The position numbers and the translations under genes are program-made. The notes beneath the pieces are model-generated. The model saw nothing but the letters and a program-made list of their open reading frames with translations. It did no database searches and was not told the origin of the DNA. Shown in pieces: positions 1-11,590 of a stretch of 64,000 nt of DNA (the first letter of the stretch is position 1; each line of letters starts with the position of its first letter). The DNA is from the human T2T-CHM13v2.0 reference genome, Homo sapiens. Location: NCBI RefSeq assembly GCF_009914755.1, contig NC_060945.1; one strand, 5' to 3'.

Positions 1-2038
1 CCTTTACATTATTCCTTCTTTGAAACAACAATTTCAGCAGATTCTTGACTAAGAACCCATGTAGTCCTTTTGTTGAAGGCAAAGGGTTAAATTAAAGCCA
101 TAGCTGCTGAGATAGAGGGGGAAAAAGCTAGTTAGTTCTATTTTATCTTCATCTAGTTTTCTTTAAGCTACTTTCTCCTTATTTCTGTCTTCCTGCAGCT
201 TCTTTTAGGCTAAGAATAAAAAACTTTGAGCCCTGCACTATATCTCCAACTCTGTGGGGTCTTGCCTTTTCTCCTACAATAAAGATGAAGCCCAGATTCG
301 AAATCTGAAAGGAGAATAAATCTTAACTGTGAACATCATCTTTCAAAACAGCTGACCTCCATTTGTTTCCCTGAATATCTCACCTGGGCAATCTTTTTCT
401 TTTAGCACTAAGAAATTGCTGAAGGAAGAAATGTTAAATCTAGTTTTTAATTAACTTCGCCATTGATTTCTACATAACTCTGTATGAGTCACTGTTCTTT
501 AGTGAAAGGGATGAAAATCTCCAAGGTTAATGGTTGTTACCAGGAATTTTTCTGGACTGGGTTCCAGATACTCTACACTTTCTTCTCTCCTCTGAACTCA
601 TTAGCTTACTCTCTTCTTCACCCTAAAACACAAAGATGCACACAGAAACGTAGGTACATTTGTATGTGTCAAATGTACTTTCAGAATGAAAATATCAGGG
701 AGAAAGGAAGGTGATTATGCATTACATTTAATAGTTGACATTAAAAAAGTCCTGTTCTACAGTTTTTCAATATATTTTTAATGAAGTTATTTATAGCAAG
801 TGTTATATGTATTGAATGAAAATTTAGTTATGTATAAGTGAAGACGAAAGAGGCTGGTGGATCTTAAAATATCCATAAACCAGATTGATATACTATATAT
901 TTTAGATATTAGAGGTTGATGTACTTCTTTTCTCACAAATTTCTGTAATAGTATGTGAAAAGATAGAGTAATATTTTCTAAAATAAGAGAAAAATTTAAA
1001 AATGGGAGAAAAATATTAGAAAATGTAAAATAGAATGCCTTGGATATAATTTTTAGTGAAGTGAATAAACTTTGTATTTCCTCCTTCTGATATGTTATCA
1101 TTCTAGACCATCTTTAGCTGGTCAGATTCATCATACTCCAATTTATAAATGTTTAATTTAAGTCTTCTAATGCATTTTAATGAACGATTTTCTTCTATTT
1201 GTTGTCAATAAAAATTCTGATTGATATGAAATCTGAATATTGATTACAATCAAGCAAAACCTTTGTCCAATATCTGTTATTGTTATTGCCATTTTTAAGA
1301 TCATTATTTTTCCCTTTCATGTCTGAAAATATTTTTGTACTTTGAAGGACTAGATTAAGTTTCCTAGAGATGTAGAATAATCCTGAAGAAACCAACCAGT
1401 TGTATGAAATACTGACTAATACCTATTTCTTTCCATTATTTCCCAACACAATGAATGCCACCTCAATTTTCCAGTTAAGCTCTCCTCCCACCTCCCTGAA
1501 TCCTGGAATTTTCCTTTGAGACCACTTTCTGAATCCATGGCTGTTCGGATTGTGCTTCAAAATTACCTCCTTCATCTGGTGGTCTCTCTGCTTTTGGTCT
1601 GGTGCAGTTACTGAAAGAATATTTTGGGTGACCTCCCTCTAGTCTCCCTTCTGGTCTTCTTTCCTTCAATTCTTCCTCTACCCTCAGCCAGAGTGACTGC
1701 TACCTATCAGGCCTATTGGACTTACTTGCATTTTATATTTTAGCTACACCAAACTCATTTTTCCTCTAACATAATAGCCCTATTCTCTCTTATTTCCATG
1801 CCTTCTAATATGCCGCGTCCTCAGCCTGGCTCCTTTCACCTGATAATATCTGAGTGAACCTGCAAATCTTCAGTTAGCTATTCCCTTCTCCAGGAAGCCC
1901 TTCTTGACCCAGCCCCAGGTTAAATACTTCTGAGGGCTCCTTCAGTTTTGGACTTCCTCTGAGGAAGTTCTAATCCTGCTTTGAGTAATATACTGTTTTT
2001 CATCTTTGTTTTATAATTAATTATGTGAGAACAGGGAC

Positions 2039-2398
2039 TGATATGGTTTGGCTGTGTCCCCACCTAAATCTCATCTTGAATTTTAGCTCCCATAATTCCC
2101 ACGTGTTGTAGGAGGAATTTGGCGGGAGATAATTGAATCATGGCGGCGGTTTCCTCCATACTATTCTTGTGGTAGTGAATAATTCTCATGAGATCTGATG
2201 GTTTTATAAGGGGTTTCCTGTTTTGCTTGGCTCTCATTCTCTCTTGCCTGCCACCATGTAAGATGTGCCTTTCACCTTCTGCCATGATTGTGAAGCCTCC
2301 CCAGCCATATGGAACAGTGAGTCCATTAAACCTCTTTTTCTTTATAAATTACCCAGTCTTGGGTATGTCTGTCAGCAGCATGAAAATGAACTAATACA
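2039..2398 (+). mobile_element. THE1-family (ERVL-MaLR) solo LTR
   Basis: TGatatggtttggctgtgtcccc...ctaataCA with 5-bp TSD gggac (2034-2038 and 2399-2403). Confidence 0.92.
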
Positions 2399-2796
2399 GG
2401 GACCATATCTGTTTTCTTCAGTATGGGACCCCCAGAACCTAGAATGGTGCCTAGAATGTGGCGAACACCTTTACTTTTTGAATGTATTTTTGCTTTCTGG
2501 TATCCTTTTCCAGCGCACTTCACTAATGTTCTGAGTATCATTTAAACTATTTATAAAATTAGACTTTAGAACACAAAGATAAATTGGTTCACATAGTAAC
2601 TAGGTAACTTGGTATAAACTAAAAGTAATTTTTAAAACTCAGCCCAAAATGACTATGTTTGTCTAAACCAATAAGAAGAATTTTCAAAATAGCAAACTGC
2701 ACAACTGACGACATACAGCAAACACACCTTTGCCAATGGGAGCAAGTAATGGGGAACAAACCAAGCTCAACTTGTTCTGGAAAAAAACCCTGTTGT

Positions 2797-2878
2797 TTTA
2801 TTATTATTTAGAAAGCACACACAACAATTTATTGGGGAAAAAGAAAAAATGCAAAATAATTGAGCATACAAATTTATT
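2797..2878 (-). terminator. Cluster of AATAAA polyadenylation signals ending the GRIK1 3' UTR
   Basis: tttatt on + at 2797-2802, 2828-2833 and 2873-2878; GT/T-rich sequence downstream on the minus strand. Which signal is used cannot be read from sequence. Confidence 0.7.
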
Positions 2879-3071
2879 TTAAAAGAACTGGTGTCACTTC
2901 CCAAGTCATATCTATGTGAGCTTTTTAAACTTTTGTATTTCTTATATCTGTATTCATAATCAGAGTTATGGATATAGATATATGGAAACACATCACACAC
3001 TCCTCAGAAATCCTTTCTCCAAAAATCTGTAGGGAATGCATCCTTTTTCTTCCTACAGGCGTTTCCTTGGA

Positions 3072-3227
3072 TCACGCCACAGTCTCTTTTCTCTGAGTTC
3101 GTCTCTGATGACAAGTAAGGATACTTGTGAAGGAAGATTTCCCCTTAGTTCTTGACTTTTTCTTTATTTTTTTCTGATTCTTCAGTGAGATTCCCAGTTC
3201 TTCCATGATAGCGTTGAAAGAGAGACA
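3072..3227 (-). CDS. GRIK1: Terminal exon b coding part: CLSFNAIMEELGISLKNQKKIKKKSRTKGKSSFTSILTCHQRRTQRKETVA*
   Basis: gttccctag|TGT CTC...GTG GCG TGA; 51 codons plus stop; PDZ ligand ETVA. Confidence 0.97.
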   Translation of the reverse strand, partial: CLSFNAIMEELGISLKNQKKIKKKSRTKGKSSFTSILTCHQRRTQRKETVA

Positions 3228-3518
3228 CTAGGGAACATGAGATACAGACCATCAGCTTAATTAAGCCTATCGCATGTGCCGTTGACCTGCCTCTTGCCTA
3301 GGTATTTATGAACACAAGATATTGGCTTGAAGGCAGCTCTGTCACAATTGGCCAGTTCCCATCACCTCCTCCTCCACCCACTGGCCACCCACCTTTTCTA
3401 ATCGGGGAAACTGAGATGGCAAGTTAGCTGGGCAAACTTTGGGATTTCATTCACAAATGCAGTAGTATAAAACTACCCAGTTAAAGCAAACTCAGGGCTC
3501 TCAAAATAGATAACTTAC

Positions 3519-3620
3519 CTTTGCTGAGACACCAAAATAGAGTTAAATTAAGTCATTTCCCCCACTGAGATGATCCAAACATTGATAGGATTATCAAGGC
3601 ATACGGACACTTCAGTAATG
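3519..3620 (-). CDS. GRIK1: Exon a: encodes HY* (coding part 3612-3620), remainder untranslated (GluK1a short tail)
   Basis: ttttctatag|CAT TAC TGA; consensus donor AAG|gtaagt at 3519/3518; GluK1a is recalled to end in HY. Confidence 0.85.
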
Positions 3621-3639
3621 CTATAGAAAATGAACAAAC

Positions 3640-3726
3640 CTTCTCTACACCAAGGCTTTGTTTTTTTCTCCCATGAAACCTTACTTTGTTCCTAAAATAA
3701 AATCTAATTCTTGATGACTTTCCTTT
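3640..3726 (-). CDS. GRIK1: Cassette exon c (29 aa): KGKSSRIRFYFRNKVRFHGRKKQSLGVEK
   Basis: U-rich tract-atcag|AAA GGA...GAG AAG|gtttgt; 87 nt, phase 0/0; basic RxR-containing GluK1c insert. Confidence 0.93.
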
Positions 3727-4139
3727 CTGATAAAAAAAAAAGAAAAAAAAACAATTTTAAATTGTACATTTTCTCCAAAAAACAGAGATTCTGGCAGCAG
3801 CAATGATGCAGCTGTGGTCGAAATGAAAAATAATGTGGTACTGAACTTCACAGCAAAAACGATGGCATAATACAAAAGAAAATGGAAAACGGAATTATGA
3901 TTAAAAAATGTTCTACATATACAGACAATATATATAATCTGCATTGCAATTATGCTCTATCTGTTCACATGCATAGTACATAAATGGACCAATAAAACAT
4001 AATTTGCTGTCATTTTTCTAGCCAAGATAAGACCTTTGAGTGAAAAATTCCTGCTCAGAGAAATTTCTATAATGTCCTGGTTAGAGAAATTTCTAAAAAG
4101 TAGTTTTCTTTTTGATGAGGTCACTCTTAAAACATCCTC

Positions 4140-4432
4140 TAGTGATATGAGCCAGCACAGGAGGACAAAGGCAGCATGATTCCACTTATATGAAACATCT
4201 AAAATAGTCAAAGTCATGAAAACAGAGAGGAGAATGGTAGTTGCCAAAGGCTGGGAGGAAGGGAAATGGGGGCAGTTGCTGCTCAAGGGGATATAAGGTT
4301 TCAATTATGCAAGATAAATAAGTTCTGGAGATCTTCTGTACAACATTGTGCCTATAGTTAATATCGTCTTGAACACTTAGACATTTTTAAGCGGTTAGAT
4401 CTCAAGTGTTTTTATCACAATAAAAAAAAAAT
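4140..4432 (+). mobile_element. Old L1 (L1MA/MB-type) 3' end fragment
   Basis: gcatgattccacttatatga...agaatggtagttgcc...aataaaaaaaaaa, typical L1M 3' UTR; flanked by atcctcta direct repeats. Confidence 0.8.
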
Positions 4433-5048
4433 CCTCTAAAAACCATAGCCTTTGGTAAAGGTTATAGAAGTGCAAGCATACTTTTTTAACCTTAGCACAC
4501 AAAATGGATATGGTTGAAAGTCAAATGACAGTGTGCCACCAGGTAATGTGTCTAAGTTGTAACTGCCTTACGGGAAGAAATTTGTGTTCTATGTTTGCAA
4601 AGTACTAAACATCTAGTGTGTTTCTTGTGTATCAGCATGCAACATGTGTATTTGAAAATGTTCGTTTTGTTCCAAAAATAACTTGATGTAGTTTAGAGAA
4701 GTAGTAGTTTTAATTTTTCTATTTTTAAATTTTTTCTACTTGATTTCAAAACCAGGCCTAGAATTTAGGTTCTAGGTGTAAACTATTGGCCTATCAGATG
4801 TATGTCTCTTAAAAAACTGGTTCTTTGAATAAAACTTTTTATCTCTTTTAAGCATAAGTGTTTATAGGATTTGAATTTCACTTCCATTTTCCTGTAATAC
4901 AGAAACATAAAAACTCATGTCATGTGTGCTAATTTTCTTTCAAACAGTAAGTTGTGGCTTCAGTGAATTGGGAGGGGTGTCATGCCACACAAAGAAAAAC
5001 GTCAGAAAGTTTTTTATGAACTATACTTAAAAAATGTTATAGCAAGTA

Positions 5049-5390
5049 CAGATGCTTCTCACTTACTATGGGGTTGTGTCTCAATACACACAATGTATGC
5101 TGAAGATATTAAGGAGAAATTGCATTTAATACACCTAACTTACAGTTTAGCCTAGCTTACCTTATACACACATGGAACACTTACACTAGCCTACAGTTGG
5201 GCAAAATTATCTATCCAGCCCATTTTATAATACAGTGTTGACTCTGTCATATAATTTGTTTATTGAATACCGTGCTGAAAGTAAAACACAGAATGGTTGT
5301 ATGGGCACTTAAAGTATGGTTTGTCTAGTCTGTGTATCACTTCCGTTCCACTGCAAAGTCAAAAAATTGTAAGTCAAAACATCATGTCTG
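5049..5390. mobile_element. TcMar-Tigger family non-autonomous DNA transposon (MER47-like)
   Basis: ta-cagatgcttctcacttactatgggg start; ttagcctagcttacc and gcctacagttgggcaaaat motifs; ends ctg-ta. Confidence 0.7.
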
Positions 5391-6765
5391 TATATCATGA
5401 ATGAAATATAATAATTTGTTAACATTACACCATATAAAGCTTGTGTGTTGCTACTAAGAGCAAATTAATATTTTATAGTGTAATTGTGATATATAGTATT
5501 GTATCAGAGTTTTGCAAACTTTGCTCAGAAATTTATTTCAATGGAAGAAATATTTTTGGCATTAAAATGGAAGGAACGAAAGGAGGAAAGAAAAGAGTGT
5601 CAAGAAGTTTGCAAACTTTATTACATATTATACCCTTTATATAGATGGGGAAATTTACTATTGGAGACATTAAGTAACTTACCCAAGAAAAAGAGCTTGC
5701 ATTTGAACTCAGTATATCTGGACTGCCCAAACCAAGAGCTTTCATGAGAAATCATCTACACATTACCTTTTAAAAATATTTTTTATCACTATAGATAGCT
5801 TTTTGTGAATTTTCCCAAAAACCATTATGTTAAGAAATTCCAATCTTTCTGCTTTACTTGAACTCTCAAGCATTTGATTTTAGGCATGTCACTTCATTTT
5901 ACATTGAAATCGCCCAAATGAATCTCTGACTGTGACTTGACACACACAGAGGAAGGTCTCATTGAAACCTCTTTTCCCTATTTTGGGTAGAAGAGTGGTC
6001 ATAGATATTACCTGACAATCTGTTTCAACTAAGTTTATTTTTTCAAAAAAGGAACTCCTCCCCCAGATTTTAGACTGCCTTAAAGTACAACAAACATCTT
6101 TACTCTTGACTAACTCCAAGTATTTATTTCTTGCTGCTTGTGTGAGAGCAAATATAAACATAGTTTTATCAGTGGGCGGCTTTCTTGGTCTTTGGTTGCA
6201 AACAATGATTTCTTTTTGATTCTCACTTTGTCTCTGACTGTTGAAAAGAAAATGGCAAGATATTGGGGCTGACCTTTCTGCCTCCAAGTTTTTGCTGTAG
6301 TCACAAGGAAAGGTGACCTTTAAGGCCTCTCCCAGCCATGAGCTTGAGTAAACCACACATTCTTGGATCCACAGGAAATGAAATTGTGAAGGTCATCTTT
6401 CAGCCCAGAGTGGCTTGGGAGGGGCTCATATTCATTAATTAATTTGCCTTTTATGATCTCAGAATTAAGGATACATATAAAGATTGAGCTTCTGAACTGG
6501 GACCAAAATGACTGTAGCTTTCTAAAACTTCTGTTTGTAGGCTTGGGTTTTTCATATTCACAGAGCCATAGAAACATTATTTTAAAGTATGTTGGTTTAA
6601 ATTCCTAAATCCTACTTTCATGAGAAAGTATCAAACATAATGGCATTCAGCTAGCTGCCTTACTCAAGACGTACTGCAAAAGGAGGCGGGATACTCAGGT
6701 AGTATTTTCTGGTACTTTGCATACTGGAAAGTCCTCCAGTAGCCTGGATCTGGGGCCTGGATTAA

Positions 6766-7107
<342 letters not shown>

Positions 7108-7874
7108 TACAAGTGACTTTTAATTACAGTTTAGAATTGGTGCCTGGTATCAGAATGAGTTTTAATTTCAGCTATACTTCCTAGTAGCCAGGTTACACCG
7201 GGCAAGGTATTTATTTTCTCTTGGACTCAGTTTCCTTATGTATAAAGTGAGACAATAGTAGAATCATTTTCATAGAACTATTATGATAATTCAATGTACT
7301 GTTATATGCAAAACAGTCCAATGGGTGGCATATTTTAAGTATGCTCTTTCTTTAAAATAAAGTTTTATATACCATAGTATATATTTTAACTCTATGCCAT
7401 TCATTGCACTCACGGTCTTTTTTTTTTTTTTTTTTTTTGTGGGAGAGATACAATGAAAAGGTTGATGGTTCTTTAATTTGAGCCATCTGATGCACATCTG
7501 TGCAGCAATTCCTTTGAGTTGCTTATACTAGTGTTTTAGTTAAAATAGTTCCCATAGGTGTTAAAACATAAATTTTCAATGCCTATTACCACTTCTTTTG
7601 CCCAGTCCATGTTTCTGTGTCTATGTAGTTGTAGGCATTATGACAACTTGTATTGTGCTTTATACATAGGCACTCCAACATCAGAAGGAAATAAAAGCTC
7701 ACCACAGTCCCCGGCAATTTAAAAATTCCATCTCTGTGCTTATGAACCATCTATTAATAAATGAACCTTTATAATAATGTCTGATAGAAAAATTCATTTA
7801 CAAATGAATTTATAGTAATAAAGTATGTTCTTGCCATTTATGCTGTTTCTGACATTATCCAAAAATAATGTAGA

Positions 7875-7897
7875 GTGTGTGTGTGTGTGTGTGTGTG
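7875..7897. repeat. (GT)n microsatellite
   Basis: About 11 GT units. Confidence 0.9.
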
Positions 7898-10800
7898 ACC
7901 TTTCCTTTAGAGGAAAGGAAATGGAGAAACACAAGTTAGTCTAGTAGAGATTGAAATAGAAACTTCAACTAAAACTCTTGGCTTTAGAAGGAGAGAGATT
8001 TGCTTGTTTATTTCAGTTTTGCAGAAAGTTATTTCTCTACTCTGATCCCTCCATGCTTGTGGTGTGTCCCTAAGGACCCCCTTTTCTTTCATATTCTGTC
8101 TTCTTTGCTTTCTTTTACCTTCCCTTTTGGTTTGTTTCTTTTTTAATTGCTGGCTTCATGGCACCTCCTTTGAATTAACCTCAAATGTTTGATTTCTTGA
8201 AGCTTGTGTGAGCCTGAATATAAATTATATCTTCTCTTTACACCTTTATCCTTCCGTTGCAAATGTTGCCCTGGATGGGGTGGGAGGGACTAATAAAGTT
8301 CTATTTGTTTTGTACCTAAAATACTCTGCCTCACGAAGAATGATTCAGGGGAAAATAACAATTTTTTTAAGTTATAGATAAAGCTCTGGGCAAGAATTGG
8401 ATTTGAGTTTGCAGTATTCAAAAAACTAGACTATATGGAATTGACTTTCATACTGGTTGCAAACTTGACATCAGATTGTGAATGTCAGATTGATTTCTCA
8501 TTGTAGATTTAGCATTTATACATTCACATCTTTCATTCATTGGTAGGTATAGGTAAACATTTCAGAGAACTGCTTTGGATGCTTATACCCTTGAGGATTT
8601 TTCTGAGGAATTATTTTTCAGAAGCTCTGGCCTAGCCAATAATACAATACAAATCTTACATTTTGTATAGGTTTCTCCCTTTAATAGGCTCCTTATTCAA
8701 AGGCACTTGAAGTGCTCTGTGACACAGTCTGATAAATTTTCACATTACACATGGAAGAAAAAGGATGTAGGAAAAAGGAAGAAAGAGGATATTATTGTCA
8801 TTGTATAGATGTAAAACCTTGCATTTTATGTATAGACCTACCATAAGTTGAAAGCAAGCTATGATTTGGAGTATTTTTATAAAGACAATTTCAGTAAAAT
8901 GTAGACTATTAAAGAAATAGTTTCCTGAAAAATAATGGGATTATTATTACTATTTTTTTTTGTCTTGGTCAAATTCCTGCTGTAGTTCTGTGGAGCCAGT
9001 GTCTCAATGATTATATTTTTTAAAGAAAGACAAAAACTTCACTTCCTTAACATTTTTTAACTCTAAGCTCTAGTGTAGGAGCAAACCTAGGATGGTTTGA
9101 GGATACAGTCAGGAAAGTTTTTAAGGAATAGGAACAGAAGAATTGTATTTAGGGATTTGCAACATAGAGACTTGTACAGTCTGGTCACCTATCTGTCCAC
9201 AGATTTCACTCCCTTCCAAGAGAATTAATGATCTAAGAGCAGAGGTCAGGCTTTAATCATCTCTCACTAATTATGTGAAGGCAGGTGGAAGGAGATTTTT
9301 GGAGTAGTTTTATGTGTACTACCCTTGTGGGAAGTTTTTGCATTCCAGAACTGAGGATTTGGGCAGCATTTCCTGTGGTTTGATCCATTTTCTGAGCGCA
9401 TTCACAACCCATGGGCCATCTTTTATGCACCCATCCTTGGAATTTAAAAAAAGTGAATCCTAGAGGTTGAGTGTTGATCACCATATTAGCTTTTAGAATA
9501 GTGGTTATGTTGATTTGTGCCTGAGAGCTAATGAGAAAGCTGATTCTCATCTCCTGGGTCCGTGTAAAGAATGTTGGGGTGAAGGAAGTCTAGCCACTGA
9601 AATAAAATGTACAAGTGTGGTCGCCCATACTAATCTCCACCTGTGACCCAGCAGCCACGTCTTGCCTGGCCCGTTTTCTTGCAACTTTAAAGCTTTAAAC
9701 TGGCTCCCCATGGGAAATGACTCTCGAAAGCCCCTGTCTTCCTTTCCTTTGGCTACAGCATGTAGACTTCATGAACTCCTTTTTCCCGTGTTTGCTAATG
9801 TCATGTTTTCATTACCTCCATGTTGTCTCTTCTGCTCTATTTAATTTTTGTTCCCACACCTGGGACCTGATGCCAACATCCTTACCATCTCAGATCCTAG
9901 ATTTAAGTTTCTCTGTTTGCATGAACGCATGCCCTAGAATTCCTTGTTCTCCTAAATGAGCTCTTTAAACCATAAAAATATACCTATGAGGGTCACAGGG
10001 TTACTCCATGACATCAGATACACAAGTGTCTTCCTCCTGTTGTTCATCTTTATTTAAAGATTTCATTTAGAAACCTTATTCTCTCAACAGAAAAATAGTC
10101 TATTTTTAAATGGCATGCACAATCCATAGGGATTCTTAATTTTAAAAAATGATCCTTAAAAAATTTTGCACATGGGGTGGCCACGCAGGGCTACCCAGTG
10201 CACATTCCTGACAAGTAGGGGATGTGTAAGTTCATCCTCCGCTAACGTTAGGGATAATGTCATGGAAAACTTTGAAAAGTGGAGTTAACATTGAGGCCCT
10301 GTAATATTTTGATATTACTCTGTGTGCTTTTTTCCAGTTCTTCTGAATCCCAGTCCTTTTTCTCACTTTTCAAGTTACAGCAAGTGCTTTTATATGCATT
10401 ATCTTCAGGGTAGGGATGATATAGAAAGAAAAAAGACTCAAATTTGGAGCTTTGAGCTTTTTAAATGGACTTTTGTGGATCTGTAGAAGACGCTGCAGTC
10501 TTTGAAGCTATTAATTACAACAGTCAGGTGTTTGAAACAAGGAAAAGGCAGGTACTTTGAATTGTAAAAGTTTGACATTAAATATCAAGCTTAGAGGCTT
10601 CAGGACTCAGCCTATAGGACTGAGGATGGAGTGTAAAGAAAGGGTTGTCTCGTAGCTGCTCTCAAGGAGAAAAGTTCAATCAGGTGATGTGAGAATCTTG
10701 ACCAAAGCCTAGATGCCAAGGGAGATCTGAGGAGGGGCACCTCCTCTGCCTTCTCTGGGGGCAAACTCCCATGCAGCCTGATAGGTGTGGGGACCTGAGA

Positions 10801-11418
10801 ACACAGGGAAACCATAGCCCAGTCTCTGTCTCAGGCATTCAGAAGAGGCAGTTAATGGAGCAGAGAAGTGTCAGTGGGGTATGCCATCAGGCCAGCCTGA
10901 AACTGTCCTCTGAGACTCCCATGGCCTCCCAAGGGTGCTCCAGAGCAGCTAAAACATTTTCCTGCCCTAGAAAGGACACATGAATAGCTGATGGTATAAA
11001 AGGGAGCATGAAACATGGCCCAGTCCAGTGCTATGAGCAGAGAACAGAGAGATATTCCTGCAGTGAGGATAAGCTTCCAGTGGGCCTTGTATACCTGGAA
11101 GTAAGCAGCTCTTCTTGCTTAAAAGTGGCAGAAATGTGGGTTTGTCCTTCAATCCAAACCACACAGTGCCTTTCTCCTCTTCAGAGTCACTGTCAGAGGC
11201 CAGTGTGGCTTTGTGCCTTGGCCCTCTAGCTTCCCTCTGGCTTCCTGCACTGAAGGCCTGAGAGGATTCTGCATGGATTGGCTTTCCCTCACCTCATGGA
11301 AAACGCTTGATTTTTTTGTTTTTTGTTTTTGTTTTATTGCATTTCAGAGGCTGAATTAGGGCCATAAAATAAACTTCCAAGAAATTCTTTGCATGCCCTT
11401 TCTCTACAGGGAATGGCA

Positions 11419-11590
11419 CTACCTTTAAGCTAAACTGATCGTGATGTGTAGGGTGTTAGTTGTCCACAGTGCACGTATGCACTACACGCATAGCTTTCAG
11501 GGCCCTACCTTTAAGCTAAACTGACCGTGATGTGTAGGGTGTTAGTTGTCCACAGTGCACGTATGCACTACATGCATAGTTTTCGGGGTA
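11419..11590. repeat. 86-bp tandem duplication (2 copies)
   Basis: ctacctttaagctaaactga... starts at 11419 and again at 11505, with few mismatches. Confidence 0.95.

Noticed and set aside
1-2030. ORFs downstream of the GRIK1 3' end (484, 787, 1195, 1475)
   Set aside because: Short, no recognisable homology; consistent with intergenic sequence and old repeats.
11419-11590. CRISPR-like or RNA-gene interpretation of the tandem repeats (also 14165, 22590, 32794)
   Set aside because: Eukaryotic intron; head-to-tail copies without unique spacers; no cas genes or snoRNA boxes recognised.
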